Below, piece after piece: positions 1-14,139 of a stretch of DNA of 64,000 nucleotides (positions within the stretch are counted from its first letter, which is position 1; each line of letters begins with the position of its first letter). This stretch comes from Callorhinchus milii (taxonomy: Eukaryota): the NCBI RefSeq assembly GCF_018977255.1, contig NW_024704742.1, forward strand, positions 16,556,001 through 16,620,000, read 5' to 3'. A program made the translations under genes and the position numbers. Below the pieces are notes generated by a model that was not told the origin of the DNA, did not search any database, and saw only the letters and a program-made list of their open reading frames with translations.

Positions 1-165
1 AGAGGCTGAAGGCCCGGCCACCGATCGTAGGGCGGTTGGGGCGGGGGATGTGGAGCAGACCGGAGCCAGAGGAACGGAGGGTACGGGCAGGTAGGTAGGG
101 GGATAGTAGGTCGGAGAGGTAGGAGGGAGCAAGGCCGTGAATGGCCTTGTAGGTGAGGATGAGAT
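1..165 (-). mobile_element. L2 LINE 3' fragment (young family), cut by window start
   Basis: Near-identical to about 59227-59395 and to the reverse complement of about 13460-13555. Confidence 0.85.
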
Positions 166-687
166 CATGAGAGAATGAAAGCATTTTGATCCACATTGAG
201 ATTATTCTAAAATATTTATAGTAATATCCAAGGAAAGAAGTAAATATGCGCTAAAGTTTCACATTGGAGAGCCTGGGATTTACTGAATCTCAAGCACATT
301 GCAGATCCATTTGCAATTAATAAAATCTTGTTTAGAATGTTTCCTGGAACACTTTTTTTATAAGGAGACTGTGTGGTCCATTTGATGCTCAGGAATTTTC
401 CAACAACGGATTCAGAGAAGACTGAATCTTGTCCCATTAATTTGATGTCTGATGCAGGGTCAAAAGGGTTGGAAGGTGCATACGATAAAACATATCATGG
501 ATCGCTGCAAAACTGGAATTACTGGCAACCCATTTGACAGTTGAAACAGCATTTGGAAGAGAAAAATAAGTTAGCAGTTCAGGTATGAACTTTCAATATA
601 ATTGGCACAGCGAGACTCAACATAAGCCAGAGGAGAACAACTCCAGGAAAAAGAGGCATTAATAAATACTCATATAACAAAGAGTCT

Positions 688-820
688 GATAATAATAATC
701 CTTGCATTTTATATAGCACCTTATTACGTTGTTGATACATCTCAAAACGCTTCACAGAATATACTGTAATGAATTGACTGTATATTTTGGGGCGAAACGC
801 TGCAGCCGATTGTGTACAGA
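688..820 (-). mobile_element. SINE 3' tail fragment
   Basis: (AAT)n-ccttgcatt..tatagcacc...cgcttcacagaatatactgtaa matches the reverse complement of the SINE tail at 45840-45933. Confidence 0.8.
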
Positions 821-2459
821 TGATAAGGCCATTAAAATATTTGGGGTAAAATTTACTACTTTTTAAGGTTTTTAAGACTTGTTAAGATTTGTCGTGCTAA
901 TTATCATTGGCAATAATCATTGTTGGTTATAATTAATACAAAGGACAGCATTTATGGTATTTAATATTAAGGCTTCAGCCCAACTCTTTAGTGTTCTATT
1001 TTTAAAGAGATTTGAAGATATTCAGAGGCAAAATAATTATGACTGAACGCTTAGCAGTGAAGAATATGGATCAGAAGAATGGGATAGGGGAACAAGAATG
1101 GTAGAAGCTGAGTCCATGATAGCTTTTAAAAGGGAATTGGAAGAAATAGTTGAGGAAATATAATTTGGAGAAAATAGCAGGAGAATGGGATTTGAGTAGT
1201 AAGCTGTACTATACATTTACAGAAAAGCTGACACGATAAGAGACATCATGGGCCAAATGGTCTCCTTCTGTGGTATAAACATCAAAGGGATATAAATTAT
1301 ATATCTAATCCTCTGATTGGCAAGAATAAATTAAAAAAATGAGGTGTTATTGCACAATACGTAGTATTCATAATTATTCATAACAATAATTAATTATTTG
1401 GATTTATTTGTATCGTCTTTCACATGAAAATAAGCATCTTGAAGCGCTTTACAAGATATAATTAATTAGAAATGAGGTGATTGTTGTTCTACAGGCCAAC
1501 ATGATAGCTAGTCTGTACCAGCAATATCTCATATACAGTGCTGAGATTAGTAGCCAATTCATTTGTATTTGGTGATAAATTTAGTTGGGATGGGATGGTT
1601 TTATAATACAGGACAACTGGGAGAAAGATTCCACAATTATTTGCAATAATATTTAGACATTCCACAAAATATTAATGAATGAGCGGTTAGTGAATGTAAC
1701 TCATCAAGAATTAATTGCTCCTCAGCAGATGTACATTATGGATAATAAAATTTAGGATCAGTACATAACTGAGCAACCAGTATTTGCACATGCATAATGT
1801 AGTGGAACATCAATCTCTTTTTTGCACCAGTTTCCCCATAATTTAACATCATTCTCTACAGATTTCAATGCAAGATTCAAATCAAGATTCAAACATATGT
1901 TTTGATGTATTTGAAAATAATAAATAATAATAAACCTTGCATTTGCCTTAACATGTTGTCATGACCTCTCATAGGACTTCAAAAGATTTTGCTGTACAGT
2001 GTAGTTCTGTGTATTTGTAGACAAACACAACAACCGGTTTGCATCCAGTAAGCCCCACAAACAGTCATGAAGTAAATGACCAATTTTATTTTGGGAGATT
2101 GTTCGCAGGACACCAAGAGAAACTACATTTCATTTCAAATAGTGTTTAAGTATTTTCAAATGGGATACAGAAAGCGTGAGATAAAATAACTTGTTGGAGC
2201 AAAGGCTCCATAATGCATATAAGCACATTTATTTTACAAAAAAAAATTGAAATTGCATACCGCATTTTGATTCTGACACTTGAATGATATTTTTCTTTTA
2301 TAAACAACTTATTCATATACTGGCTGCAATTTTTCTGTGGGCCACATAATTCCCTGAGAGCTTTCAATAATCATCAATGACACTTACTGTACCCAGCATC
2401 ACAGGAATCGTTGTTAAGGAAATGGTTATTATGGAAGCATGGTTGTTAAGGAAATCCGT

Positions 2460-2755
2460 TATTTGGATGAGATGTTAAACTGAGGCCTCAACTGCCTCTT
2501 CAGGTGAACGTTAAAGATCCGATGATACTATTCGAAAAGAGAAAGCGGTTTGTCTGGGTGTTCTAGCCAACAAATCTCCCAAATAAAATTGGTCACTCAC
2601 TTCATGGCTGTTTGTGGGACACTGCTAAGTGCAAAATTGGCTGCCACATTCGCCAACAACACACACAGTCACACTTTACAATGTATCATCTGAAGTGCTT
2701 TGGGAGGTCCTCTCAATGTGAAAGGCACTATATAAAATGTAAAGATTATTATTAA
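2460..2755 (+). mobile_element. Deu-domain SINE remnant with L2-type tail
   Basis: ggatgagatgttaaactgaggcc...tcaggtgaacgttaaagatcc resembles the Deu core; ends in tgaagtgctttgggaggtcc...aggcactatata..gattattatt. Confidence 0.65.
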
Positions 2756-3147
2756 TAATGATCTTTTGCTGCAAGAGAAGTACAATAATGCAAGTGTTTC
2801 TTTGTCTACTTTACTTTCTGGAGATATCCAGGCCCTCTTTATCTGTTACCCCCATCCCTGCCCATCCTTTTATCTTGAAATCAGTTGAAGCCATACTCCT
2901 TAGCTCCTGTCAACAGCTTCTCACCTGTGGCTTTGACTTCCTCAACCTCCTCGACTAATCTGTCAAACTCAGTGAACCTATGCACAACCTTGGCTGTCCA
3001 GCTGTCCTTCCTACCCCACATCTGGTCCCTGTCCAGAACCGGTTTCCTTCACCTCCGCCACATTGACCGACTCTGACCATACCTCACACCCAATGCAGCC
3101 GAAACCTGATCACCGATCTCCCAGTTCAACCATTCAGAAAATCCAAT

Positions 3148-3625
3148 TCATAGAATCGTAGAATTATACAGCACAGAAGGAGGCCATTTGGCCCATCGAG
3201 TCTATGCTGGCTCTTTTAAAAGAGCTATCCAAATCAATCCCACTCCCCCGCTCTCTCCCCATAGCCCTGCAAACTTGTCCTCCTCAAATAATTATCTACT
3301 TCTCTCTTAGAAGTTGTTATCGAATCGGCTTCCGCCACCCTTTCAGTCAATGCATTCCAGATCCGAACAACTCGCTGTGTGAAAACATTTCTCCTCACCT
3401 CCCCTCTGTTTCTTTTAACAACTATTTTAAATCGGTGTCCTCAGGTTACCGACCCACCCGCCAGTGGTAATAGTTTCTCCTTGTTCACCTTATCAAATCC
3501 CCGCATAATTTTAAAAACTTCGATTAAGTCTCCTCTTAACCTTCTCTGCCCCAAGGAGAATAATCCTAGCTTCTCTACCCTCTCCTGATAACTAAAGCCC
3601 CTCATTCCTCATACCATCCTGGTAA
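3148..3625 (-). mobile_element. CR1 LINE 3' end, inserted within an older L2 remnant (about 2960-4370, +)
   Basis: catagaatcgtagaattatacagcacagaaggaggcc tail; highly similar to 8206-8685; L2-like sequence on both sides. Confidence 0.85.
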
Positions 3626-4567
3626 AGGGGATTAATTCAAAACTCCACCACCCATATCGTCACTCGCACCAAACTCCACAATCCCATCTCCCTAGTCCTT
3701 GTCAGGCTCCACTAGCTCCCTATTTTAGAATGGATTGATTTCAAGATATGCACAATCGCATACAAATCACTTTATGCCCCAGCACCTCCCTACATCTCTG
3801 ACCTGCTTATACCCTATTCCATTGCCTGCTGCCTTCGCTTAGCTGGCTCCAGCCTCCAGCATGTCTATTATCCCCTCCCCTTGACCATCAGCGGCAGCGC
3901 TTCCAGACACTACAACGCAAAGCTATCAAACTCTCTTTTTCAATCCGTCCACCTAGCCCTCCTCCTACTGGTCTTCTCCATTCCACCATCCACAAAGTCC
4001 AGCTAACACAAAACTGCTGCCTGTTTGCTCATCTGCACCAAACTGCACACACCATCAACCCAACTCAAAAGGCTCCCTAACCTGATGAAACTCAACTCCT
4101 CTGCCCGCTCCTTCTCTCACCTAACTCTTGCCTACTATGCTTCTCTTAAGCCCTCAGCGCCACCATCGGTGGCTGTGCCTTCAGCCACTACGCTCTTAAT
4201 TTCTGGAACTCCCTACCTCAATCCATCTGCCTCACATCTTCTTCATCTATCTTTAAATCCCTCCTGAAAACCTACCTCTTCGATCGTGCCTATGCTTACC
4301 TACTCCACTTTCTCCCTTTCTTGGTGTTCAACTATACCACTGTGCAGCGCTCTGAGCTCTATCCTGAGTGAATGCTTCCTCAAAATTAACCTGTTAATTG
4401 TTGCAGTTTTCCATTATTTTTTCATTTAGAAGTCAGGTAGTGTATGAAGTATATAAATCCAAGTTATTTTTGTTGAAGTTCATATGATGTGCATAAAGAA
4501 CTACTAAATCACTCTTTTGCGTACAAACAAAAGATTGAATAAAATGATGTTTTAGAATTGTTTCCAC

Positions 4568-5098
4568 AGCCTTGCCCCCTCCTACATCTCTGATCTGCTG
4601 ACCCCTTAATAACCTGTTCACTCCCTCCGCTCAGCAAGCTCCGGCCTGCTCCAGTTCTCCCGCTCGACCTGCCCTACCGTCGGCGGCCGGACTTTCAGCT
4701 TCTCTTCCCCCACTCTTTGGAACTCCATAATAAAAATAATAATAATAATTCTTGTATTTGATATAGCGCTTTTCACGTCTTCTAGATGTCCCAAAGCGCT
4801 TCACAGAATATACTGTAAAGTGAATTGTATTTTTGTATATATATATATAAAAAATATGTATATTTGTGGACGAACGCGGCAGCCAACAATCCTTTTGCCT
4901 TGCTTCCTTTCTTGCTTCCTTCAAGGCACGACTCAAGACTCTCTTTTTGACTGTGCCTTCAGCTACCCTCTTACCTCCTCTGCCTTCCCTCATCCCAACC
5001 CTGCCCCCCACGCTCGGATCCGGATCCCTGACTGTTCAGCGCCTTGGGACGTCCTCCCGACATGAAAGGTGTTTTACAATTGTAAGTTTGTTGTTGTT
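4568..5098 (+). mobile_element. L2 3' end interrupted by a minus-strand SINE tail (about 4728-4886)
   Basis: L2 ...ctttggaactcca is broken by the SINE tail, then resumes caatcc...ttgcttcc...gccttgggacgtcctcccgacatgaaagg...(TTG)n. Confidence 0.8.
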
Positions 5099-6334
5099 TT
5101 ATCCTTTAAAGGCAAACCTTGAAGCTTTTCTTCCCAAATTAGATTGTACAGCGCAGGAATAGATCATTTGACCCAACAAGTCTGTGCTGTGTTCATACTC
5201 CAGGCAAGTCTCCACTTACTCCTTATTCCTTTCCATCCACTTCTATTACGTTCTTCCTCATGACAGATTTACATAGATTAACAGCACAGTTTCTTAACAG
5301 TTTATAACCAACTATCAGGGAAAACGTTACAGAAACCTGTGCTTTAAAAATATATTTACTAATAACTTTTACCAATTCAACAAACATTAACATTTCTAAG
5401 TTATAATATTCGTTAGGCATACAGTACTTCAAAATAATATTTTTTTCTTTATCTGAAAGCCAGGGAACCGAGCATTTGCCTTCAAGCAAAGTATAATTTT
5501 AAATGCATTCTATTTTATATGGAAGTTTAAATGCCATCGCAATTTTCTCTAGAGATGATATTTTATTCAAACAACTTAATATTTGATCTGTTCCAGGAGG
5601 ACAGGGCCTAATAAATGCAGAATCAAAAGGCATACACTTACTTTTCCAGGTTGTTAGGAGTCATTGAGCAATCTTTCAGCTTATTTTGCAAAGGTCAAGT
5701 TAAATGTCATTAATGGCAAGTCCAAGTTGAGAAAATTGATGTTCCACACTTTAGCGAGGAGATCAAAGGAAACTTTACTGACATTTTGAGAGATATATGA
5801 AAACTACATATGACACTGCACAAGTTAATTACAGTATATGTGTTCTGGCACAGCTATTTAAAGCAATAAAACTAGAAACTGACATTTTTAATACGAGCTG
5901 CATTCTGAGACGAGACAGAAACTTCAAATCTTTGGACTTAGTGAGATATAAAGATGCTTATACACTAACAGAGGGAATTCAAAGAGCTGCAAAATGAATG
6001 ACAATGAGATTGATCTTTGTTCAGTATGACACATGGTCTAGATATACTACATCTTTATTCTAGGCATATACAATAAATAAGCTACACATTACACATATTA
6101 CACAATTGTAATAATAAATCTTGCATTTGATATAGTGCCTTATTACATTGTCAAAAATACTCGAAAGTGTTTCAGAAGATTTTACTATAAAGTGTTCTGA
6201 CTGTGTATTTGAAGGTGAACAGTAACCAATTTACTCACAGCAATATCCAACAAACAGTCACAAAGTGAATTTTATCTGGGGATTGTTCACCAGGACACTG
6301 GGAGAAGCTCCTTCATATACTATATGTACCACAA

Positions 6335-6925
6335 TAATAATCCTTGCATTTGATGTAGCGCTTTATCACATCTTCGAGATGTTTCAAAGTGCTTCACAGA
6401 ATATACTGTCAAGTGAATTGACTGTATATTTTGTGGGCAAAACACACAGCCAATTGCGCATAGTAGTGTCCCACAAACAGTCATGGATTGAAATGACAAA
6501 TTAATTATTATTGTTGTTTTGACCGAGCCTTCAGCTCCCCTCTCGACTCTCTTCCCCCTTCTCGCTCCCTCCCATCCCTCCCCTCACCCTGACCATTTCA
6601 CCCCTCCTCGCTCCCTCCCCTCCCCTGACCATTTCCCCCCTGCTCGGGTCATGACCCAACTGTGCAGCGCCTTGGGACGTCCTCCTGACGTGAAAGGCAC
6701 TTTATAAATGGAATCTTGGTGTTGTTGAATCTTGTTGTTAAAGGAATTATAACCCCCGGAAAAGCAATCCGCCAATCGACCATCAACCGGGTTCCTACTT
6801 ACTCCTAGGTAAATAGAGGCACGTGGAGTAAGGAAACTTGCCCAATGTTTCATCCTGCTGGGAATCAAACCCAGGTCTCTCGCGTGTGAGGTGAGTGCTC
6901 TAACCACCGAGCTACAGGACTCGAG
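6335..6925 (-). mobile_element. Full-length tRNA-derived SINE split by a + strand L2 3' end (about 6517-6740)
   Basis: Tail at 6335-6505 and head at 6745-6925 (reverse complement gagtcctgtagctcggtggttagagcac...gggtttgattccc, A and B boxes) flank an L2 3' UTR. Confidence 0.85.
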
Positions 6926-7174
6926 TGGAGGCAGTGGGTGGTGGGTTGGGGTTAAATAGGTCGGAGAGGAAGGGAGGTGCCAGGGCATGAAGGGATTTGA
7001 AAATGAGTGTGAGGATCTTGAAATTGATCTGTTTGGTGACAGGGAGCCAGTGGAGCCTGGCTAGAACTGGTGTGATGAGGATATGCAATTTAGTATGAGT
7101 GAGTATGCGGGCGGCGGAGTTTTGGATCAGCTGGATCCTGTGTATAGTGGAGCTGAGGAGACCAGCACCACAGA

Positions 7175-7790
7175 TGTCCTGACACCTAGGTTGTGCATTA
7201 GAGAGTATCAGGCTCTAGGTTGAGCATGAGCCAAGGCTTGGGGGCCTCAAAGTGTGTGTTGGGGTACTGTTGGAGTCTAACCAGCTAAACCTGCACAGCG
7301 TGCCATTGAGACTTCTGTCTGGCAAACTTTCCCGCTGCTTGAACACTATTGTTTAGTGTTAACAGGAGCTGAGTGGGATGATTCTCTGCTCCCAGTGACT
7401 GGTCTGCCCCTCAAGGTCCAGCCGATGAGCCAGGCTGGCTGTGCTGTCATCAGCCGTGCCTTGGAATACTGTGGACCCACCTGCCTCAGGAACTGGACTA
7501 TCTAGACTGCCACAGAGGGTGGTCTGACAATCTATTGCCAAACATGTTACTTTAGAGCCAGTTCAGCACCAAAAAGAACCACTTACCTATCCCCTCAAGG
7601 AGGATAGTCACTATTTCGTCATTTACCATCTGACAAATCCGGGTTTCAGCCCTTACTAGGTGGATGGTAGCTACTAGGAAATCCCTGTGAGCTTCCTGGT
7701 GGATGACACAGCTCAGCATGAAACATGTGAGAGCATTGCCACCTGCCCACAGCTCACATACACATCCATTCCGAATGAGCGATGCTTCCA
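7175..7790 (+). repeat. Unclassified interspersed repeat, copy 1 (inverted copy at about 50690-51000)
   Basis: 7358-7500 (ttaacaggagctgagtgggatgattctctgctcccagtgactggtctgc...ggctgtgctgtcatcagc) aligns by eye with the reverse complement of about 50695-50838. Confidence 0.7.
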
Positions 7791-8205
7791 TTCGTTGAGT
7801 GTTTCTGTTAAGTTCAAATGGGAAAGCACAGCTTTTACAAAAGGAGAATTACCACCAATGAGATAGAGGTCTAGCTTCTGCCCTTTAGTTTTCTTTTGTC
7901 AGCTCAGGAAAGGAAAATGAGTCTCACAATGGATATTTTCTCACCTTTAATTAATAAATTGTTTTCAAAGGCAAGCAAATGTGCACAAAACTTAGCAAGT
8001 TAATTGAAGGACACTGGGTAGTCATATGTCTTGAGCTTTTGGGGGGAATGGGGTAAACCATTTTTGCTACAATAATCTTTAAAGGCCTATTTGTCTGGAC
8101 TTGTCAGTAAACATGTGTGCTATTTTATGTAGTTCTAGCCGGTTCGGGGTATCAGCCAATCAGAACTTCAAAGAGTGCGTTCCTAAAAACAAAGTGCAGA
8201 TCATG

Positions 8206-9582
8206 TCATAGAAACATAGAATTATACAGCACAGAAGGAGGCCATTCGGCCCATTGTGCCTGTGCCGGCACTTTGAAAAGAGCTATCCAAATCAATCCCA
8301 CTAACCTGCTCTCACCCCATAGCCCTGCAAACTTGTCCTCCCAAATAATTATCTAATCCTCTCTTAAAAATTGTTATTGAAATGGCTTCCACCATCCTTT
8401 CAGGCAATGCATTCCAGATTCAAATAACTTGCTGTGTAAAAAAAACTTCTCCTCACCTCCCATCTGTTTCTTTTAACAGCTATTTTAAGTCGGTGTCCTC
8501 GGGTTACTGACCCACCCACAAGTAGAAATAGTTTCTCCTTGTTAATCCCATCAATCTCCTCATAATTTTGAAAACTTCGATTAAGTCTCCTCTTAACCTT
8601 CTCAGCTCCAAGGAGAATATTCCTAGCTTCTCTAACCTCTCCTGATAACTGAAGTCCCTCATTCCTGGTACCATCCTGGTAAATCTCCTTTGCACCCTCT
8701 CCAATGCCTTGACATCCTTCCTAAAGTGTGGTGCCCAGAACTGAACACAGCACTCTAGCTGAGGCCTAACCAGTGTTTTATAAAGGTTCATCATAACTTC
8801 CTGACTTTTGTATTCTGTGCCCCTATTTATAAAGCCTAGTTTTCCATATGCTTTTTTAACAGCTTTATCCACCTGTCCTGCCACCTTCAAAGATTTACTT
8901 ATATGAACCACCAGGTCTCTCTGTTCCTTTACCCCTTTTAAGATTGTACCTCAGCTTATATTGCCTCTCCTAATCCTTCCTCCCAAAATACATCACTTCG
9001 CAATTCTCCACATTAAACTTCATCTGCCACATATCTGCCCATTTTACCAATCTGTCTCTGTCCATTTGCAGTCTGCTGCTATCCTCCTCACAGTTTACTA
9101 CTTTTCCTAGCTTAGTATCATCTGCGAACTTGGAATTTGTACTCCCTATACCCAAGTCCAGGTCATTTATATAGATCAAAAACAGCAGTGGTCCCAATAC
9201 TGATCCCTGGGAGACACCACTGCACACTTCCATCCAGTCAGAAAAACAACCGTTCACCACCACTCCCTGATTTCTGTCTCCCATCCAGCTCTGCATCCAT
9301 GCTGCCACTGTCCCTTTAATACCGTGGGCTTCTATTTTGCTTACAAGTCTTTTATGTGGCACTTTATCAAATGCCTTTTGAAAATCCATATAAACTACAT
9401 CAACTGCACTACCTTCATCCATCCTCTCCATTACTTCATCAAAAACCTATCAGGTTTGTTGACATCATTTGCCTTTATCAAATAAATCCATTTTGGCTGT
9501 CCTTTATTAACCTTTTTTTCTAAGTGAAAATTTATTTTGTCCCAGATTATAGTCTCTAGAAGTTTCCCCACTACTGATGTTA
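8206..9582 (-). mobile_element. 5'-truncated CR1 LINE with decayed ORF2 reverse transcriptase
   Basis: ORF 8970-9431 has VDVVYMDFQKAFDKVPH, GVSQGSVLGPLLFLIYINDL and KFADDTKL; ORF 8504-8911 has LYKTLVRPQLE..VQFWAPHFRKDVKALERVQRRFTRM; CR1 tail at about 8206. Confidence 0.95.
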
Positions 9583-9631
9583 TGCAACAACCTCAGCACA
9601 AGTAACATCTGAGCCAGAATATTGTGGGGTA

Positions 9632-9829
9632 GAGAGAGAAGGGCTGCCACTGTGTACAGGAGAGGGAGAGAGAGGCTGGCATTGTGTCTGAGGGAGAGGA
9701 ACAGCTGGCATTTTGTTTGGATAAAGAAAGGTTGACACTGAATGTTAGTGAGAGAGAAGGGCTGAAGTGTAAAAGGGAGAGAGAGGAGCTGAGTCTGGAT
9801 ATGTGGGAGAGAGAAGGCCTGGCACTGTG
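9632..9829 (+). repeat. Degenerate purine-rich minisatellite, about 28-30 bp unit (GAGAGAGAAGGGCTGGCACTGTG-like), about 7 copies
   Basis: Recurrent gagagagaagggctg(g/c)cactgtg motif read directly. Confidence 0.6.
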
Positions 9830-10695
9830 ATTAGTTAATTCTCAGGCCTACTTTACCAATGAATACAGTACCAATAATTTAGCAGTGATTTGCCGAACAG
9901 ATCTATCATGGTAATTATTTATTGTCGAATTATTTTAAGTATTTCGTACATCTCTTGTCAGTAACTCATCCAAGAATGAAATGTTGTCATTTGTGCTTTT
10001 TAAATGTGACAACTGACATCAAATGAAAATGGTTCCACGCTTAATTAAAGAAATATAGACAAGTGTCCAGGGATTTTTTTTATTTAAGCAATGTCAAACC
10101 ACAGTCTGAGGGCAATATGACTTCTCCAAGCATGCCAGCAGATTCAATGTAAAATTTCAAAAACATTCAAACAAATCAATCGCCTGAGTACACAAGAATG
10201 TCTTTATTTCTGAAAGATTTACCCACAAATTTTTTTTGTAATTTTTCTTTTCAGGAGCGCTATATTGTTACTGGTTGGGTAATGTTGATTTAATGTTGAT
10301 TTACAAGAGGTATCTGCTATGATGACTTGCCAAGATTTGGTAATTCTGTTTCATGGAGACCACCGCTTCCGCTACATAATTGATTTTAACAGGAGTCTGT
10401 AATGTCTCCGCTGATGGGGAAAAAATGGAACAGTCAATAAAAGTATATTTGATCAAATTGTTCACAGTTCTTTCGCTGAATAATTTCTGCATAATCCAGG
10501 ATTGATTTTTTATTTTGGTTTATTTATGCGTGGCTGTGTGGTGAATTTCTCAAGATGCTATTTCATATTTCACAGGAAGCTAAAATGCAGTGTAGAATGA
10601 TAATTTTTTTTCTCAATGAGTGGCATCTCAACAGTTCTTTATACCTTGAGTTTTACTGAAAACAATATAATGTACCATTGATGATGTAACAAGAC

Positions 10696-10736
10696 ATTGA
10701 TTGGTTGCTTGGTTGATTGATTGATTGATTGATTGA
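10696..10736. repeat. (GATT)n-type microsatellite
   Basis: ttgattggttgcttggttgattgattgattgattgattg. Confidence 0.8.
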
Positions 10737-12493
10737 AACTCTGATGGAGGAGTGAAGGGAGTGGAGCACGAACAGTAATACACAGTCAGAAGGGCAGCGA
10801 GTGAAGGCCTGGAAGACGTGCCATTGATATATTGAGACACTAATAATGTAACATGCCATTGATAATATAATGTGCCTGGAGCCTCAGAACCCTGGATGAC
10901 CCCATGGCCCTGAATAAGAATTATGTCTACTTGAATGAGTATTGTGGACAGAAGATCCAGCAGGAAGTTGCTAGTCCTATGAGTACAGAAACATCTACTG
11001 GGCTTAGGATAGAGTAGGTCTCCTGGCTGGTGGTGAACAAATGTGTGCAATATCCTCAAGTGAGTGGATGAATCACAGAGAAAATACCACTCAGGGGTGA
11101 GCAGGCCCAGGACTGTTGCAACTGGTAGATATATATGCAAGGTCTAAGTGAGGTTTAATATAGATTGATGCAGATGGGATAACTATGTGTAGGAGGAGCA
11201 AGGAGATTGATGAAGTCCTGGCTGGCAGGTCTCCAAAAACTCTGGGCTGTGTTTTGTGACTTAATAACATTTGTTATATCTTTACACAAATCCCTCATCC
11301 TTGTCATGATATGTCCTCCATCCCCCATCCCCCTAACAATTACAATAGTAAACTGCTTAACAATAAAATACTTTGTTTTTAAATCAGCATATATGCTGTA
11401 TTTTCTTTCTGATTTAAGTACATGACAACCATGGCCCTAAAAGGTAAATTTGCAGAACTTCAAATGTTTGGTTTGCTTTAAATTGCAAATTTAGCAAAAG
11501 AAATTAGCTTGAGAATTAGCTTCTGTTGGAAAATAAATAGCTCTGAATTGAAGTTTATATTCTATTTTATGCCATTCTTATTTTAAATGTGACAGCACAT
11601 TATTTAAGTAGCAATTTCATTAGTATTCAATGTTTACTGCAGTGAAAGGAGAAATCTCCTGAAAGTAATTTGTACCAATGGGTACCAAATGAATGGAAGG
11701 TAACAAGTGTCTAAATACCCACTCTATCATCATGAAGTACTGTCGGAACTTTCAGAACCATTACAAAGAAATGGCCTGTTAAACCAATAGATCCAGAGTG
11801 CAAAGGATTGGAATCACAGTGCCTTCTCTTGACAATATAATCAGCAAACAGAATGGCAAGTAGTTAATGGCAATGGGTAAATGGTCTCACTCATAAATTA
11901 ATTGCTCTCAAAAGGGCTGCCTCAATTCATTTGAATAATACTGTAATATTGGGTGACATAGATATCTCCCTTTTCCTACTTTTGTTCTTTTGTTTGTGAA
12001 GGGAACTTTACACCATTGGGTAAGGTGATGAACTATTAGGTTACTCTCCATTTAATTATTGTAATCTAATTCCAAACTGCTTATCACTCCTTTGATCAGA
12101 TAACAGCACCACTAAACTCTTAATCGCTGTGTTATGGTTCCCTTTCCCCCATCCCAATGTCATTCTCATTTAAGAGACATAACTGAAGTGTATCTCACCT
12201 TTATCCCCCAACCCCTCCTCAGCTTCCCATCCTACGCTTTCATGCTTGCTCGCTCAGTGAGCTGTGTAAAATAGTTTGAGACATCCTCTCAACAAGTTGT
12301 GTGGTTGTTGTTCGTGTGTGAAAGGGCTGGCCAGTTGTGCACTGGAAACTATATTACATTACACATTTAGCAGCAAATTTTCACAATACTGGCATAATTA
12401 TTTGCTAAATGTACAACAACAACAACTTGTATAGCGCCCTCCATGCAGGGTAGCGTCTCAGAGTGCTTGAATATACTTTGTATTTAACGACCA

Positions 12494-13773
12494 CCAAGGA
12501 CCTTGAAAGAGTCGTCGCCTCCCAGCTGCGCTCTTTCCTCTCCACCCTTTCATTATTCGAACCCCTTCAGTCGGGTTTCCATGCTGCTCATAGCACGGAA
12601 ACTGCCCTGGTCAATGTCACTAATGACATCTTGACCATCTGCGACCAGGGCTCCCTCTGCCTCCTCGTCCTCCTCGACCTATCGGCCGCATTCGATATGG
12701 TCAAACACGCTATCCTCCTCCACCACTTCTCCTCCCACCTCAACCTTCAAGGCCCTATCCTTGAGTGGTTTAGGTCGTACCTCTCCCACCATCTTCATTT
12801 TGTTTCCACAAACGGCTTTTCCTCCAGCCTCCGCACTGTCTCGTGCGGTGTCCCTCAGGGCTCTGTCCTCGGTCCCCTCCTCTTCACCCTCTATATGCTC
12901 CCCCTTGGTGACATCATCCGCAGACATGGGGTTAACTTCCACATGTATGCGGATGACACCCAACTCTACCTTTCCTCCTCTACCCTCAACTCCACGACCA
13001 CCGATGTCCTGACAGCTGCCTGTCCGACATCGAGTCCTGGACGAGAGACAACTTTCTTCAGCTCAACGTGCGCAAAACTGAGGCCCTCCTGATTGGCTCG
13101 CGTCAGCGCCTCCGCACCTCAGGCGCTGACACCATCAGCATCCAAGGCTGCACTCTCCATCTTTCATAGCCAGTCAGAAAGCTCGGCATTCGGGACCCTG
13201 AGCTGTCCTTTCTTTCTCATATCCGCGCCACAACTGGCACCGTCTTCCATCACCTCCGGAATATCAACAGACACTACCTCACCTCTCACGCTGCTGAAAC
13301 ACTGGTCCACACCTTTATCACCTCAAGGCTGGACTATGGGAACTCTCTCCTCGCCGGCCTTCTCAGCACTTCCCTCCACAAGCTGCAGGTCATTCAGAAC
13401 TCTGCAGCTCGTGTACTGTCCCGCACCATGGCCTTGCTCCCTCCTACCTCTCTGACCTACTGTCCCCCTACTTACCCTCCATTCCTCTGGCTCCAGTCTG
13501 CTCCACATCCCCCGCCCTAACCGCCCTACCATCGGTGGCCGGGCCTTCAGCCTCTCAGCCCCTCGACTCTGGAACTCCATCCCCCAGTGCCTTCGCCTTG
13601 CTTCCTCCCTTTCCTCCTTCAAGGAGGGTCTCAAGACCTTTCTCTTTGACCGTGCGTTCAGCTCCCCTCTCAACTCTCTACCCCCTCCTCGCTCCCTCCC
13701 TTCCCTCCCTTCACCCTGATCATTTCCCCCCTGCTCGGGTCCTGGGCGCTCTATAAATGAAATCTTGTTGTTG
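12494..13773 (+). mobile_element. 5'-truncated L2 LINE with RT domain, frameshifted and internally deleted
   Basis: ORF 12463-13092 has QSGFHAAHSTETAL, LVLLDLSAAFD, GVPQGSVLGPLLF and YADDTQLY; the L2 3' UTR ends aaatcttgttgttg. Confidence 0.95.
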
Positions 13774-14139
13774 TATTCTACCCATCTACTGTTCACCAAT
13801 GTACTATGTATACTCTACCGGTTTGCCAATAAAACACACAGGCACTCCACTTTACAATATATGTAAGTGCTGTGAAGTGCTTTAGGACATCCTTAATGTG
13901 ATAGGCACTATGTACAACGTAAGTATTATGAAAGATTATTATTACTACTGTAGCCTTAGATAACGAAAAGACTCTGGAGTCTTACCTCGTGGACCAAATG
14001 TAGGACAATACATAGTTTTAAGAGCAGATGCAATTCACACCCATGAAGTCCAAACAAGACAAGATTTTTTCTTTCAAATTTATTTTCTGCATTTAATAAA
14101 TGTCTGAGGCTTGAAGTTGTTGCTGAGTTATGTTAATGT

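Noticed and set aside
505..600. Penelope-type terminal repeat or hammerhead remnant
   Set aside because: It only loosely resembles a remembered shark repeat and no catalytic core is intact.
10628..11140. 170-aa minus-strand ORF
   Set aside because: No recognisable motif; partly the (AATC)n microsatellite (QSINQSINQ).
8504..13092. Intact, active reverse transcriptase genes
   Set aside because: The CR1 and L2 ORFs are 5'-truncated, lack the endonuclease domain and contain stops or frameshifts.
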